The position numbers and the translations under genes are program-made. From an uncultured Acidobacteriota bacterium (lineage in GTDB: Bacteria; Acidobacteriota; Thermoanaerobaculia; Gp7-AA8), in contig CAWGHO010000002.1 of the NCBI GenBank assembly GCA_963822445.1, forward strand, positions 2,469,242-2,533,241: a stretch of 64,000 nt of DNA. Direction: 5' to 3'. Each line of letters begins with the position of its first letter. The first letter of the stretch is position 1. The notes beneath the pieces are model-generated. The model made no database searches. It was not told the DNA's origin and saw only the letters and a program-made list of their open reading frames with translations. Shown piece by piece: positions 51,327 through 61,116 of the stretch.

Positions 51327-52880
51327 TTATCCCTTTTTCTCCGCGCGTCCGCCGACCGTGATCGAGGCGACGCGAACCGTCGGCATGCCCTGCGAGACCG
51401 GAACGCTCTGTCCGTCCTTGCCGCAGGTCCAGCCGCCCTCGTCGATGACCAGGTCGTCGCCGACCATGTCGATCTGCTCGAGAACCTTCGGCCCGTTGCC
51501 GATGATGTTCACGTCCTTGATCGGCTTGGTGATCTTGCCGTCCTCGATGAGGTAGCCGTTCTTCACGAAGAAGGTGAAGTCGCCCGCGCCGATGTTGACC
51601 TGGCCGTTGGAGAAGTGGTCGCAGTAAATGCCTTTCTTCACCGAGGCGATGATCTCTTCGCGCTTGTGCGGGCCGGGGAGCATGTACGTGGAGCGCATGC
51701 GCGGCATCGGCGAGTACTCGTAGCCCTGGCGGCGTCCGTTGCCCGTCGGCTTCACGCCGTAGTGCTTCGCGGAGATCGAGTCGTGCAGGTAGGTGGTGAG
51801 CGTGCCCTTTTCGACGAGCATCGTGCGGCCGACGGCGTTGCCTTCGTCGTCGACGTTGATCGCGCCGCGGGCGTGGTCCTGCGTGCCTTCGTCGATGATC
51901 GAGACGAACGGTTTCGCGACGGGCTTGCCGATCTTGTCCGAGTAAATCGAGACATTCTTGCGATTGAAGTCCGCTTCCATGCCGTGGCCGATCGCTTCGT
52001 GCAGAAGGATGCCGGACGAGCCGGCGCCGAGGACCACCGGCATTTCGCCGGCAGGAGGCTGCACGGCGTCGAAGAGAATCATGGTCTTGTCGATGAGCTG
52101 CGAGACCATCCCGTCGATGCGCTCGGGTGTGTAGAAGCCCATGTCCGCGCGCGCGGCGCGATTCACGCTGTTGTTCTCGCGGCGGCCGTCCTGTTCGGCG
52201 ACGCAGGAGAGACCGACGGTCGTCATCGGCTGCGCGTCTTCGACGATGCGGCCGTTCGAGTCGGCGATGAGGATCACGCTGCCGTAGTCGGTGAAGTTGA
52301 CGTTGACTTTCTTGACGCGGCCGTCGGCCTTGAAGGTCTTCTCGTTCAAGCCGGTGAGGACGGCCAGTTTCTGCTGCGGCCGGACGTCTTCCCAGCGCAC
52401 TTTGATCGGATAGCGATTCGGCTTCGATTCGGTGGTCTTGAATCGCGTTGGACCGGTTCTGGCCGGACCTTCGGCAATCGCCGCGGCAGTGAGCGCAGCG
52501 CGTCTCAAACCATCGACAGTGATGTCCTCGGTGAATCCGTAGCCGGTCTGGTCGCCTTTGACGACGCGCACGCCGACGCCGAGGCCGACGTTGGCCGCGG
52601 CGCGGTTCACGGAGCCGTCTTCGAGCACGAGACTGTTCGACACGCGATGCTGGAAGAAGACGTCCGCGTAATCGCCGCCCTTCGACAGCGCCTGCGACAG
52701 CGTGTCGCGAATGAGCTTGTCGGTGACGCCGAAGCGCGTGAAGTAGCCGACGCCTTCGGTGGGTCCGGTGTTGGCCAGGATGGATGAGACAGAGAACAGA
52801 TCGGAGACGGCAACGGTGGCTAATGCAGCGGCTCCGGCACCAATGACGGTTCGCCGGGTGAGGCCAGTGTCTTCGGCCAT
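51327..52880 (-). CDS. tldD: TldD metalloprotease with twin-arginine-like signal
   Basis: LLHEAIGHGMEAD, TGNGRR, PMPRM, CGKDGQSVPV..G.PT; N-terminus LTRRTVIGAGAAALA; AGGAGG SD. Confidence 0.93.
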   Translation of the reverse strand: MAEDTGLTRRTVIGAGAAALATVAVSDLFSVSSILANTGPTEGVGYFTRFGVTDKLIRDTLSQALSKGGDYADVFFQHRVSNSLVLEDGSVNRAAANVGLGVGVRVVKGDQTGYGFTEDITVDGLRRAALTAAAIAEGPARTGPTRFKTTESKPNRYPIKVRWEDVRPQQKLAVLTGLNEKTFKADGRVKKVNVNFTDYGSVILIADSNGRIVEDAQPMTTVGLSCVAEQDGRRENNSVNRAARADMGFYTPERIDGMVSQLIDKTMILFDAVQPPAGEMPVVLGAGSSGILLHEAIGHGMEADFNRKNVSIYSDKIGKPVAKPFVSIIDEGTQDHARGAINVDDEGNAVGRTMLVEKGTLTTYLHDSISAKHYGVKPTGNGRRQGYEYSPMPRMRSTYMLPGPHKREEIIASVKKGIYCDHFSNGQVNIGAGDFTFFVKNGYLIEDGKITKPIKDVNIIGNGPKVLEQIDMVGDDLVIDEGGWTCGKDGQSVPVSQGMPTVRVASITVGGRAEKKG

Positions 52881-52986
52881 ACGAGAACTCCTCCTGCGTT
52901 TGATCTGCATGATTGAACGAGCGAAACGACAGGCCGGCGGTGACGGAGGGGTCAACGTTCTGTGTCAGCGGGCCGTATCGAATCGT

Positions 52987-54438
52987 ATGACCCGGCTCCT
53001 CGGAATCCTCGTTCTCTTCGTCACCGTAACAATCGCCGCCCAGCCCACCGTCTCGATCCGCGTGCATCCGCCATCCGAACAGGATGCGCAACTGCTGTCG
53101 ACGTGGGCGGCCGTCATTACCAATCGCACGAGCGCGCCGCTGGAGGATGTCGGCTACTACATTTCCATTTCCCCTTCGAGCTTCGTGGCCGTTCCGGAGG
53201 GCTGCGTGCTCCGGTACGCGGAGCAGACCGATTGCACAATCGATCTGCCCGCGTCGGGCTCGCGCGAGATCTCGTTCACGACGCGGAATCGCACGGCCAC
53301 CGGCCACTTCGGCGTGGTGATGGAATCGAGCCGCCATGGTGCGCTCGTGTACGACGAGGCGGTCATCGGCCGCGACTTTCCCGTCACGACGCAAGCCGAC
53401 GCGGGACCCGGCTCACTGCGGCAGGCCATTGTCGACGTGAACGCGTCGTGCGACTCGACCGTGCCGTGCGTGGTCATGTTCCAGATCGACGAAACGCCGA
53501 CGGACGACGGTCTGTATTTCGTCAGGCTGCATTCACCGCTTCCCGAGATCACCGCGCCGGACGTCTTCATCGATGGTGGATCGCAGATCCGGCGGGACGG
53601 CAATTCACTCTTCCGGCCGCTGATCGTCCTCGACGGCGGGGCGGCTGGAGAAGGCAGTGGCCTGGTGTTCCGGAACAGCTCCGCGCGCGCGACGGATCTG
53701 GCGATCAGAGGGTTTCGAGGCAACGGCATCGAGACCCGCGCTTTCCACTCCATGATTCATCGGAACTTTCTGACCGGAAACGAATCGCGCGGCCTCGTCG
53801 TCGTCGGCGGGCAAGGCTATTTCACGGAGAACGTTCTGAGCGCGAACGGCCGCGCCGGAGGATTCTTCTGGACGCCCTCGCGATTGAAAGTGCTCGGCAA
53901 CATCGTCGACGGCAATGGCGCCAGCGGATTGTTCTTCCACAAGCCCAGCGCATCGCGCGATTTCGCCGAGGCGCGTGACAACGTGATCCGCGGAAACGCG
54001 CATGCAGGCATCGCGCTGTCGGTGAACGCGACGGGCGACTTCGCGGCGAACACGTTCGCCGACAACGCCGGACGGGCGATCGACGTCGCGCTCGACGGCC
54101 CGACGACCACGCCCGTGATGGGCTATCCGGGCCGCGGCGGCATCGTCGGCGCGCCTGCGATCACCTCCGCGCGTTACGCGAACGGTGTCACCACCATCAC
54201 CTGGCAGCCCGCCCCGCATTTTTTCAGTGGCGCGACTTCGTTCACCCGTGCGTCGATCTACGCCGGCGACGGCGACGCCCAGGAACTGGTCGCGATCACC
54301 AGCCAGGCCACCGTCGAGATCCCGCGCGATCTGCGCGGCCTCACCGTGCGCGCGGCGCTGGTGACGAATGCCATCGAGAACTTCGACGACGCCATGATCG
54401 CGACGTCGGAGGTGGGGGAGGGGAGGGTGGTAGAGTAG
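52987..54438 (+). CDS. secreted right-handed beta-helix repeat protein
   Basis: Signal peptide; VTTQADAGPGSLRQAI motif; repeated N....GN...G[IL] rungs. Confidence 0.8.
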   Translation: MTRLLGILVLFVTVTIAAQPTVSIRVHPPSEQDAQLLSTWAAVITNRTSAPLEDVGYYISISPSSFVAVPEGCVLRYAEQTDCTIDLPASGSREISFTTRNRTATGHFGVVMESSRHGALVYDEAVIGRDFPVTTQADAGPGSLRQAIVDVNASCDSTVPCVVMFQIDETPTDDGLYFVRLHSPLPEITAPDVFIDGGSQIRRDGNSLFRPLIVLDGGAAGEGSGLVFRNSSARATDLAIRGFRGNGIETRAFHSMIHRNFLTGNESRGLVVVGGQGYFTENVLSANGRAGGFFWTPSRLKVLGNIVDGNGASGLFFHKPSASRDFAEARDNVIRGNAHAGIALSVNATGDFAANTFADNAGRAIDVALDGPTTTPVMGYPGRGGIVGAPAITSARYANGVTTITWQPAPHFFSGATSFTRASIYAGDGDAQELVAITSQATVEIPRDLRGLTVRAALVTNAIENFDDAMIATSEVGEGRVVE

Positions 54439-54442
54439 CGCG

Positions 54443-55033
54443 CTACTTCACACGCACCGACTCCAGCCGCGACAACACCGCCCGCTCCGCCTTCTCGATC
54501 GCCGTCTGATCCCCACGCAGGTGAAAGGCGAAGTTCGCCCCGAAGAACAACGCGTTCAATTCGAACGCAAGCTGCCCCGGATCGAGCGCCGGATCGAGAT
54601 GCCCTTCATCCTGAGCCATGCGGATGGCTCGTTCCAGCGCGCCGATCCAGTCGTCCATCAGCTTGCGGATCTGATCGCGCAGCACGCCCGGACGTCCGTC
54701 GAATTCGAAGGACGCGGCGGCAAAAAAGCATCCGCCGGGGAACACCTCCCGGCGCACGTATGAGAGCCACGAGCGGCAGATCGCGAGCAGTCTCGGATAA
54801 CCGCGCGGCTCGCGGATCGCCGGTGTGAAGATCTCGTCGATGTAGCGGCGCGACGCCGCTTCGACAGTCGCCAGCTGCAGATCTTCCTTCGAGCCGAAGT
54901 GCGCGAACAAACCGCTCTTCGACATCCCCAACTCGTCGGCCAGCCGGCCGATGGTCAGCCCTTCCAGCCCCTCCAGCGACGCCAGATCGACCGCGCGCTC
55001 GAGGATGCTCGTCCGGGTCCGGGTTCCCTTCAT
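54443..55033 (-). CDS. TetR/AcrR family transcriptional regulator
   Basis: GLEGLTIGRLA..LGMSKSGLFAHFGSKE.LQ HTH; PGGCFF. Confidence 0.95.
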   Translation of the reverse strand: MKGTRTRTSILERAVDLASLEGLEGLTIGRLADELGMSKSGLFAHFGSKEDLQLATVEAASRRYIDEIFTPAIREPRGYPRLLAICRSWLSYVRREVFPGGCFFAAASFEFDGRPGVLRDQIRKLMDDWIGALERAIRMAQDEGHLDPALDPGQLAFELNALFFGANFAFHLRGDQTAIEKAERAVLSRLESVRVK

Positions 55034-55034
55034 C

Positions 55035-55409
55035 TCACGCAAACGCCGGCAAGTCTTTCATGAGCTCAGCGTGCGCCGCACGAAAGTCGTTGCTCCAGGG
55101 CTTCGCATTCACGTTGACCATCGAGCGCTCGCCGCGCGCGTAGGGCACGCTCCCGTTCTCGCTGGAGATGAGGAAGCCGTACGTGCAGGTGTAGTCGTCG
55201 AGGTCATTGACCCAGAGGTCGACGCGCAGCGTGCTCGCCGCGGGGGCGGGATTGAGCTGTTCGATGGTGAACGTGCCGCCGCGGGGCGCCGACGCATCGA
55301 GGGCGATGATGGCGTGATCGACATGCTCGACCAGTTCCTCCGGGCGCCGCGCCTCGGCACGAACAGGCGAGAAGAAGACGAACTTGGGATTGAGGTCGCC
55401 GGTGGTCAT
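55035..55409 (-). CDS. hypothetical protein, possible hotdog/thioesterase fold
   Basis: AAGGAG SD; LRVDLWV..L....CTYGF..SSE.G...YARGER..V resembles the thioesterase C-terminal half. Confidence 0.6.
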   Translation of the reverse strand: MTTGDLNPKFVFFSPVRAEARRPEELVEHVDHAIIALDASAPRGGTFTIEQLNPAPAASTLRVDLWVNDLDDYTCTYGFLISSENGSVPYARGERSMVNVNAKPWSNDFRAAHAELMKDLPAFA

Positions 55410-55443
55410 GGCTTGGTTCTCCTTCAACGGCCGAGAAAATAGC

Positions 55444-55455
55444 ACGAACGTTCGT
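55444..55455. promoter_or_regulatory. perfect palindrome, probable TetR operator
   Basis: ACGAACGTTCGT in the divergent gap upstream of the TetR operon. Confidence 0.65.
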
Positions 55456-55495
55456 TTTCAGTCAAACGGATAAGCGGCTAGAATCGTCCAGCCCC

Positions 55496-56563
55496 ATGCG
55501 CCGCCTGGTCCCCTTGCTCCTGGTCTTTTCCCTCTGCCTCCCCGCGAACGCCGCCCGCCGCCGCGCCGTCACGCCACCCGCTCCGCTGGCCGTCCCGACG
55601 ATCGAGGAAATCGCCGCCGACGCGTTGAAGAAGTTCCCCGGCGTGATCATCGCCGTCCGCAAGGGAAACGCTTTCTACTCCAACGCGTGGGGGCGGCTCG
55701 ACATCGAACAAAACGTCCCCATGCGCACCGACGCGCAGATGTGGGTCGCGTCGATCAGCAAGCAGTTCACGGCCGCGGCGATTCTTCGCCTCTCTGAAGA
55801 AGGAAAGATCGGGATCGACGATCCAGTGCGGCGCTACATCCCCGAGCTCGACAGCCGCTTCGAGGCCATCACCGTCCGCCACCTCCTCAACCACACCTCG
55901 GGGATCGCCGAATACCTGACCCGCATCGACACGAAGTACGAGCCGGCGTCACAGCAGGAGATCGTCGCGGCGATCATGAGCCGCCCGCCGGATTTCCCGG
56001 CCGGCTCGCGCTGGATGTACAGCAACTCCGGCTACTTCCTGCTGGGGATGATCATCGAGCGGGCCGCGAACCAGACTTACGCGCAGTATCTGCGCGACAC
56101 GTTCTTCGAGCCGCTGCAACTCACCGAGACCAGTTACTGCGGAACGCGCGGTCCGATGCCGCACGGCTACCTGTCCGCATCGAACGGCACGTTTTCGGAG
56201 CTGCAGCCATACGACGTGTCGCTGATGTACGCGGCCGGCGGTGTGTGCTCGACCGCGCGCGACCTGTTGTCGTGGAACCGGGCCCTCCTCAACGGTACGG
56301 CCATCTCGCGGACGGCGTACCAGGCCATGATCGGCGAGACCGTGGATGCGTACATCTTCGCGAAGTACGGCTTCGGCCTGCTGCTCGATTCGCTCTCTTC
56401 GCACCGGCGCATCTGGCACAACGGCATGGTCCCCGGCTTCCAGAGCCATCTCGCGTACTTTCCGGACGACGACCTGACCGTGGTGGTGCTGGTGAACGGC
56501 TACACGATCAAGGACCGGGCGCTGGAAGTGGGCGAAGCGGTTGCGCGGGCGATGTTCCGCTAG
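55496..56563 (+). CDS. secreted serine hydrolase, class C beta-lactamase/PBP-like
   Basis: SISK (SxxK), LLNHTSG, YSN, WHNG; signal peptide. Confidence 0.93.
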   Translation: MRRLVPLLLVFSLCLPANAARRRAVTPPAPLAVPTIEEIAADALKKFPGVIIAVRKGNAFYSNAWGRLDIEQNVPMRTDAQMWVASISKQFTAAAILRLSEEGKIGIDDPVRRYIPELDSRFEAITVRHLLNHTSGIAEYLTRIDTKYEPASQQEIVAAIMSRPPDFPAGSRWMYSNSGYFLLGMIIERAANQTYAQYLRDTFFEPLQLTETSYCGTRGPMPHGYLSASNGTFSELQPYDVSLMYAAGGVCSTARDLLSWNRALLNGTAISRTAYQAMIGETVDAYIFAKYGFGLLLDSLSSHRRIWHNGMVPGFQSHLAYFPDDDLTVVVLVNGYTIKDRALEVGEAVARAMFR

Positions 56564-57567
56564 TCCTTGTAAATCTCCACGTGCGGCTCCCCGTCCTCGC
56601 CGATCCACCCGCGATACATCCCCTCGGTGTTGAACGGCATGGCGAAGTTGCCTTTCGCATCGAGCACGATCACGCCGCCCTCCGCCCCTTTGACGGGCTT
56701 CAGTTTCTTGTTGATCACCTCGTCGGCGGCGTCACGCACCGACATCCCGCGATACTTCACCAGCGCGGCGATGTCATACGCGACCGTCCAGCGGATGAAA
56801 AACTCGCCGGCGCCGGTGGCGGAAACCGCGACTGATTCATTCTCCGCGTAATTGCCGGCGCCGATGATCGGCGCGTCGCCGACGCGGCCGAAGCGCTTGT
56901 TGGTCGTGCCGCCGGTCGACGTGCCCGCGGCGAGATCGCCGTTGCGGTCGAGAGCAACCGCGCCGACGGTTCCGAATCGATTCTCATCCGCGGTCACCAG
57001 TCCCGCCTGCGGCTTGCTCTCCTTCAGCAACTCCTCCTGAAGGCTCTTCCAGCGCCGCTCCGTCCAGAAGTACGACGGATCGACGACTTCCAGTCCGACG
57101 CTGGTGGCGAACAGCTCCGCGCCGCGGCCGATGAGCATCACGTGCTTCGACTTGTCCATCACCGCCCGCGCGGCGGAGATCGGGTTCTTGACGATGGTCA
57201 GGCCGGCCACGGAGCCGGCCTTTTTTGTCCTGCCGTCCATGATCGACGCGTCGAGCTCGTTCTTTCCTTCGTGGGTGAAGACGGCGCCTTTGCCGGCGTT
57301 GAACAGCGGCGAGTCTTCCATCACCCGGATGGTCGCCTCGACGGCGTCGAGGCTCGTCCCGCCCTTCACCAGGATCGCGTGACCGGCTTTCATCGCCTCG
57401 GCCAGCCCCGCGCGGTACTGCGCTTCGCGCTCCGCGGTCATGCTGGCACGGGTGATCGTTCCGGCTCCGCCGTGGATCACCAGCATGATCTTTCCCTTCG
57501 CGTCAGCGGCCAGCGAGGGGAGCGCGAACACGATTGTTGCAGTGCACAGGAAACGTCGCATGAACAT
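56560..57567 (-). CDS. iaaA: isoaspartyl peptidase/L-asparaginase (Ntn hydrolase), with signal peptide
   Basis: IHGGAG, FNAGKG, ELDASIMDG, GTVGAVA, TSTGG, GRVGD, TGAGE. Confidence 0.95.
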   Translation of the reverse strand: MFMRRFLCTATIVFALPSLAADAKGKIMLVIHGGAGTITRASMTAEREAQYRAGLAEAMKAGHAILVKGGTSLDAVEATIRVMEDSPLFNAGKGAVFTHEGKNELDASIMDGRTKKAGSVAGLTIVKNPISAARAVMDKSKHVMLIGRGAELFATSVGLEVVDPSYFWTERRWKSLQEELLKESKPQAGLVTADENRFGTVGAVALDRNGDLAAGTSTGGTTNKRFGRVGDAPIIGAGNYAENESVAVSATGAGEFFIRWTVAYDIAALVKYRGMSVRDAADEVINKKLKPVKGAEGGVIVLDAKGNFAMPFNTEGMYRGWIGEDGEPHVEIYKD

Positions 57568-60208
57568 GGCCCGTAAGTTATCACTCTTCATTTTCTTGTT
57601 TGCCGCGCTCGCCGTGACCGCGCAGAAGCCCGACGCGGACTGGCTGACCCTCGAGACCGCGCATTTTCGCGTGCACTACCCGCGCGAGTACGAACAGTGG
57701 TCGGTGCGCGCCGCCTCGCGGCTGGAATCGATTCATGCCGCCGTCTCAAAGGAGATCGGGTTCGCGCCGAGGCAGAAGATCGATGTGCTGGTCGGCAATC
57801 CGATCGCCCAGGCGAACGGCGCCGCCTTTCCGCTGCTCGACACGCCGCGGATCGTCTTCTTCACCGAGCCGCCCGGCCCCGACGAGCAGCTCGGCGCGTA
57901 CGGCCACTGGATCGACCTGCTCGCGGTGCACGAAGTCGCGCACGTCGTGCACATGCTCCGGCCTTCGCGCAATCCGCTGGAGCGCTTCCTCGCGAAAACG
58001 GTTCTGCCGCTGAATCCGATCACGCTGCGCGCACCGCGGTGGGTGCTGGAAGGCTACGCGACGGTCATCGAAGGACGCCTGACCGGCGCCGGGCGCCCGA
58101 GCAGCACCGTGCGCGCGCTGATTCTTCGGCGCTGGGCGGAATCGGGCCGTCTTCCGAGCTACGGCCAGCTCAATTCCGATCAGCGCTTTCTGGGCATGTC
58201 CATGGCCTACCTCATGGGCTCCGCCTATCTCGAATGGCTCGAGCAGCGCAGCGGCCCGAGCTCGTTGCGCAATCTCTGGTCGCGCATGACCGCGCGGCAG
58301 CGGCGCTCGTTCGACGCGGCGTTCATCGGCGTCTTCGGCGATGCGCCGCACAAGCTTTACGGCCGCTTCCTGGCCGAGCTGACCGCGTCCTCGATCGCCA
58401 TCGACAGGAGCTCGAAGCTGCAGGAAGGGGAGTTGTTCCAGGAAACCACACGCGCTTCCGGCGATCCCGCGGTGTCGCCGGATGGCAAGCAGATCGCCGT
58501 CGTCCTTCGTCCCCGCGATCAGCCCGCGAAGCTCGTCGTCTGGTCGACGGCGCCCGCCGACGAAGAAGAAAAGAAGTTCGAAGAGCGGCTGAAGAAGATC
58601 CTCGGCCGCGATCCGGAAGACGTCGCTCCGGTGCGTACCAAACCGTTGCCGCGCAAGTCCGTGCATTCGCTGGTCATGCCCGACGGCGGCGACATCGACA
58701 CGCCGCGATGGACGCGCGATGGCAAAGCGATTCTGTTTTCGCACCGCAGACCCGACGGGGACGGCCTGCTGCACTTCGATCTCTATCGCTGGGACTTCGA
58801 ACGGGTTACACCGGTGACGCATCTTTCGGACGTGCGCGATGCCGATCCGATCTCGGCGACGTCCGCGGTCGCGGTCCGCTCGCGATTCGGCGCGTCGCAA
58901 CTGGTGAACGTCGACCTCACCACCGGTGCGGTCACACCGCGCACCGAGCCGTCGATCGACATCGTCTACACCCATCCGCGGCCCAGCGCCGATGGCTCGC
59001 GCATCGCGTACGTCGCCCATCGCGACGGCGCGTGGGGCCTGTACGTCGACGATCAGCGCGTCCCGCTCGACGGCGATGCCTCTTCGCCGGAATGGCTGCC
59101 CGACGGCGAGCTGGTGGTCACCGTTTCCAAAGGCGGCTTCGCCGAGCTCCATCGCGGATCGACGCGTATCACCCGCAGCCGCGGCGGCGCATTCAGTCCC
59201 GCACCATCGCCGGACGGCCGCCTTTTCTTCACCAGTCTCGAGCCCGACGGCTTCGTCGTGCGCGTGCTGCCCGCGATCGACGAAGCGCCCGCCCCACCCG
59301 CGTTCGACGCGGTGCTCGTTCCGGCTCTGCCACCGCCTCCGCCGGCCGCGACTGCGTTTGCGGCCGAGGATCTGCCGGCGGCGAAGAGGTACGGCATCGG
59401 TCGCCAGGAATTCGACTGGCTCACCGGCACCAATTACGGGCCGGAGCATCGATCGTTCGAAGTCGGGGTGCGCTTCGGCGATGTCGTCGGACGCCTCGAT
59501 ACATTGCTCCTTGCGTCGCTGGCAAAAGACGACGCGCCGGAAGGCTTCGCGCTGGCGACGGCGTGGCGGGGGTGGCCGGTGGAGGTGCATGCGCATGCTT
59601 TCTCCACCGATGAAGAAGAAGGCGCCGAGCTCCGTGGCATCTGGTCCCGCGCCTTCCCCCTCAGCCGCCTGACCGTCGAAGCGGGCGCGTTGTCCGACGA
59701 CCTCGTATTCGGCAGCGCCGCCTTCTCGACGCGACAACTGTTCGGCAAGTGGCGCATCGAAGAAGGCCTGCGCGTGGATCTCGACGATCGCCACTACCGC
59801 GCGTCCGTTGCCGGCGCGATCCGCAGCGGCTCCTTCCGCATCGGCGCCCGCTACCAGCACGACGGCGGCGACACGGTCACCCTCGGCGGCCTCTCCTCAT
59901 CGATCCTTCCCCGCTCCGCGTACGCGCTGCGCGTCCTCGATCCCGCACTTCCTGTAGCCACGCTGACCGGCGATGAATACGATGGCTGGCGAGTCGAGAG
60001 CTCCGTGCCGTCGATGCCGTTCACAGCCTTCTACCAACGCCACGAGCTCGGCGGAGCGTCGCTGTCGCTGGCCGGACTCACCATCGCCATGTCCGCCGAT
60101 CCCTTTCCGATCATGAAATTGCCCGGCTTCGACGTGACCGCCGGCGTGGCCAGGATCCTCGACGATGACGACACGAACTGGTGGCTGGGCATGCGGTGGC
60201 GTCCATGA
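57566..60208 (+). CDS. secreted zinc metalloprotease-like domain + PD40/TolB-like propeller + probable beta-barrel
   Basis: W.TLET.HF.VHY, HEVAH, PRWVLEGYAT, SPDG repeats, amphipathic C-terminus WWLGMRWRP. Confidence 0.8.
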   Translation: MARKLSLFIFLFAALAVTAQKPDADWLTLETAHFRVHYPREYEQWSVRAASRLESIHAAVSKEIGFAPRQKIDVLVGNPIAQANGAAFPLLDTPRIVFFTEPPGPDEQLGAYGHWIDLLAVHEVAHVVHMLRPSRNPLERFLAKTVLPLNPITLRAPRWVLEGYATVIEGRLTGAGRPSSTVRALILRRWAESGRLPSYGQLNSDQRFLGMSMAYLMGSAYLEWLEQRSGPSSLRNLWSRMTARQRRSFDAAFIGVFGDAPHKLYGRFLAELTASSIAIDRSSKLQEGELFQETTRASGDPAVSPDGKQIAVVLRPRDQPAKLVVWSTAPADEEEKKFEERLKKILGRDPEDVAPVRTKPLPRKSVHSLVMPDGGDIDTPRWTRDGKAILFSHRRPDGDGLLHFDLYRWDFERVTPVTHLSDVRDADPISATSAVAVRSRFGASQLVNVDLTTGAVTPRTEPSIDIVYTHPRPSADGSRIAYVAHRDGAWGLYVDDQRVPLDGDASSPEWLPDGELVVTVSKGGFAELHRGSTRITRSRGGAFSPAPSPDGRLFFTSLEPDGFVVRVLPAIDEAPAPPAFDAVLVPALPPPPPAATAFAAEDLPAAKRYGIGRQEFDWLTGTNYGPEHRSFEVGVRFGDVVGRLDTLLLASLAKDDAPEGFALATAWRGWPVEVHAHAFSTDEEEGAELRGIWSRAFPLSRLTVEAGALSDDLVFGSAAFSTRQLFGKWRIEEGLRVDLDDRHYRASVAGAIRSGSFRIGARYQHDGGDTVTLGGLSSSILPRSAYALRVLDPALPVATLTGDEYDGWRVESSVPSMPFTAFYQRHELGGASLSLAGLTIAMSADPFPIMKLPGFDVTAGVARILDDDDTNWWLGMRWRP

Positions 60209-61116
60209 TTCACATCCATAACGGAGACGTCGTCGCGGTCCTGGCGCAGCGCTTCGGCGTCCCCGGCGAGCACTTCGCGTTTCGCGAGTCGCTGATCACA
60301 GGCCCGGTCACTCCGGGCAATGACTGGATCGAGACGCGCGCTCGTGCTTTATCCGAGGCGCATGGGGAAGATGTTCTGCGCACGCGGACGACGCTCGTCG
60401 AACAGGAACTGGCGCTCGACGGCGCGCCGTCGAAAGGGGAGATCGTGCTCTGGTTCGAGCACGACCTCTATTGCCTGATTCACCTCGTCTACCTGCTGCA
60501 GCGCTTCGGCGATGCGAAGGTGACGCTGGTGTGGTGCCCGCAGCCGCTGAGCGAGAACGACGATCGCGGTTTCCATCTGTTGTTCGAGTCGCGCACGGCT
60601 GTCACGCCGTCAATGCTGAACATCGCTCGCCAGGTCTGGCGCGCGTACACCGCGCCCGATCCGACGGATCTCGGCCGTTGGACGGACGGCGAGACATCTG
60701 ATTTTCCATTCCTTCGCGACGGCCTGTCGTTGCACGTGTCGCGCTTTCCGTCGGTCACGAACGGACTCGATGCCGTCGAGCAGCGCGCGCTGTCGCTGAT
60801 CGCGACCGGCGTCTCGGAGTTTGGTGCGTTGTTCAACGCCATGGCCACGGACATGCCCCGCTTCGGTTTCGGTGACAGCGAAGTCTTTCGCCAGCTTCGC
60901 AATCTCGCCTGGAACGCCGTGCCGCTGATCCTCCTGAACGGTGAGCCGCCGAACGCGAGCTTCGCCATCACCCCCGCAGGCGTGAACGTGCTCAACGCCG
61001 CGGTCGACAACCTCAGCGTCAACGACCCCGATCGCTGGCTCGGCGGTGTCCATCTGACGAAGGAGAACCTGTGGCGCTACGACGAGCGCGCGCGCACGCT
61101 CATCCCGAGCCGCTGA
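60205..61116 (+). CDS. DUF1835-like protein
   Basis: IHIHNGD, RESLITGPV, IVLWFEHDLYC, FP....GL..VE, GFGD, RWLGGV.L. Confidence 0.8.
   Translation: MIHIHNGDVVAVLAQRFGVPGEHFAFRESLITGPVTPGNDWIETRARALSEAHGEDVLRTRTTLVEQELALDGAPSKGEIVLWFEHDLYCLIHLVYLLQRFGDAKVTLVWCPQPLSENDDRGFHLLFESRTAVTPSMLNIARQVWRAYTAPDPTDLGRWTDGETSDFPFLRDGLSLHVSRFPSVTNGLDAVEQRALSLIATGVSEFGALFNAMATDMPRFGFGDSEVFRQLRNLAWNAVPLILLNGEPPNASFAITPAGVNVLNAAVDNLSVNDPDRWLGGVHLTKENLWRYDERARTLIPSR

Noticed and set aside
49986-54438. RiPP biosynthetic cluster around tldD/pmbA
   Set aside because: No precursor peptide, YcaO, radical SAM or transporter genes adjacent.
55496-56563. Antibiotic resistance beta-lactamase
   Set aside because: Motifs only place it in the broad serine hydrolase/PBP family; no mobile context or specific AmpC evidence.
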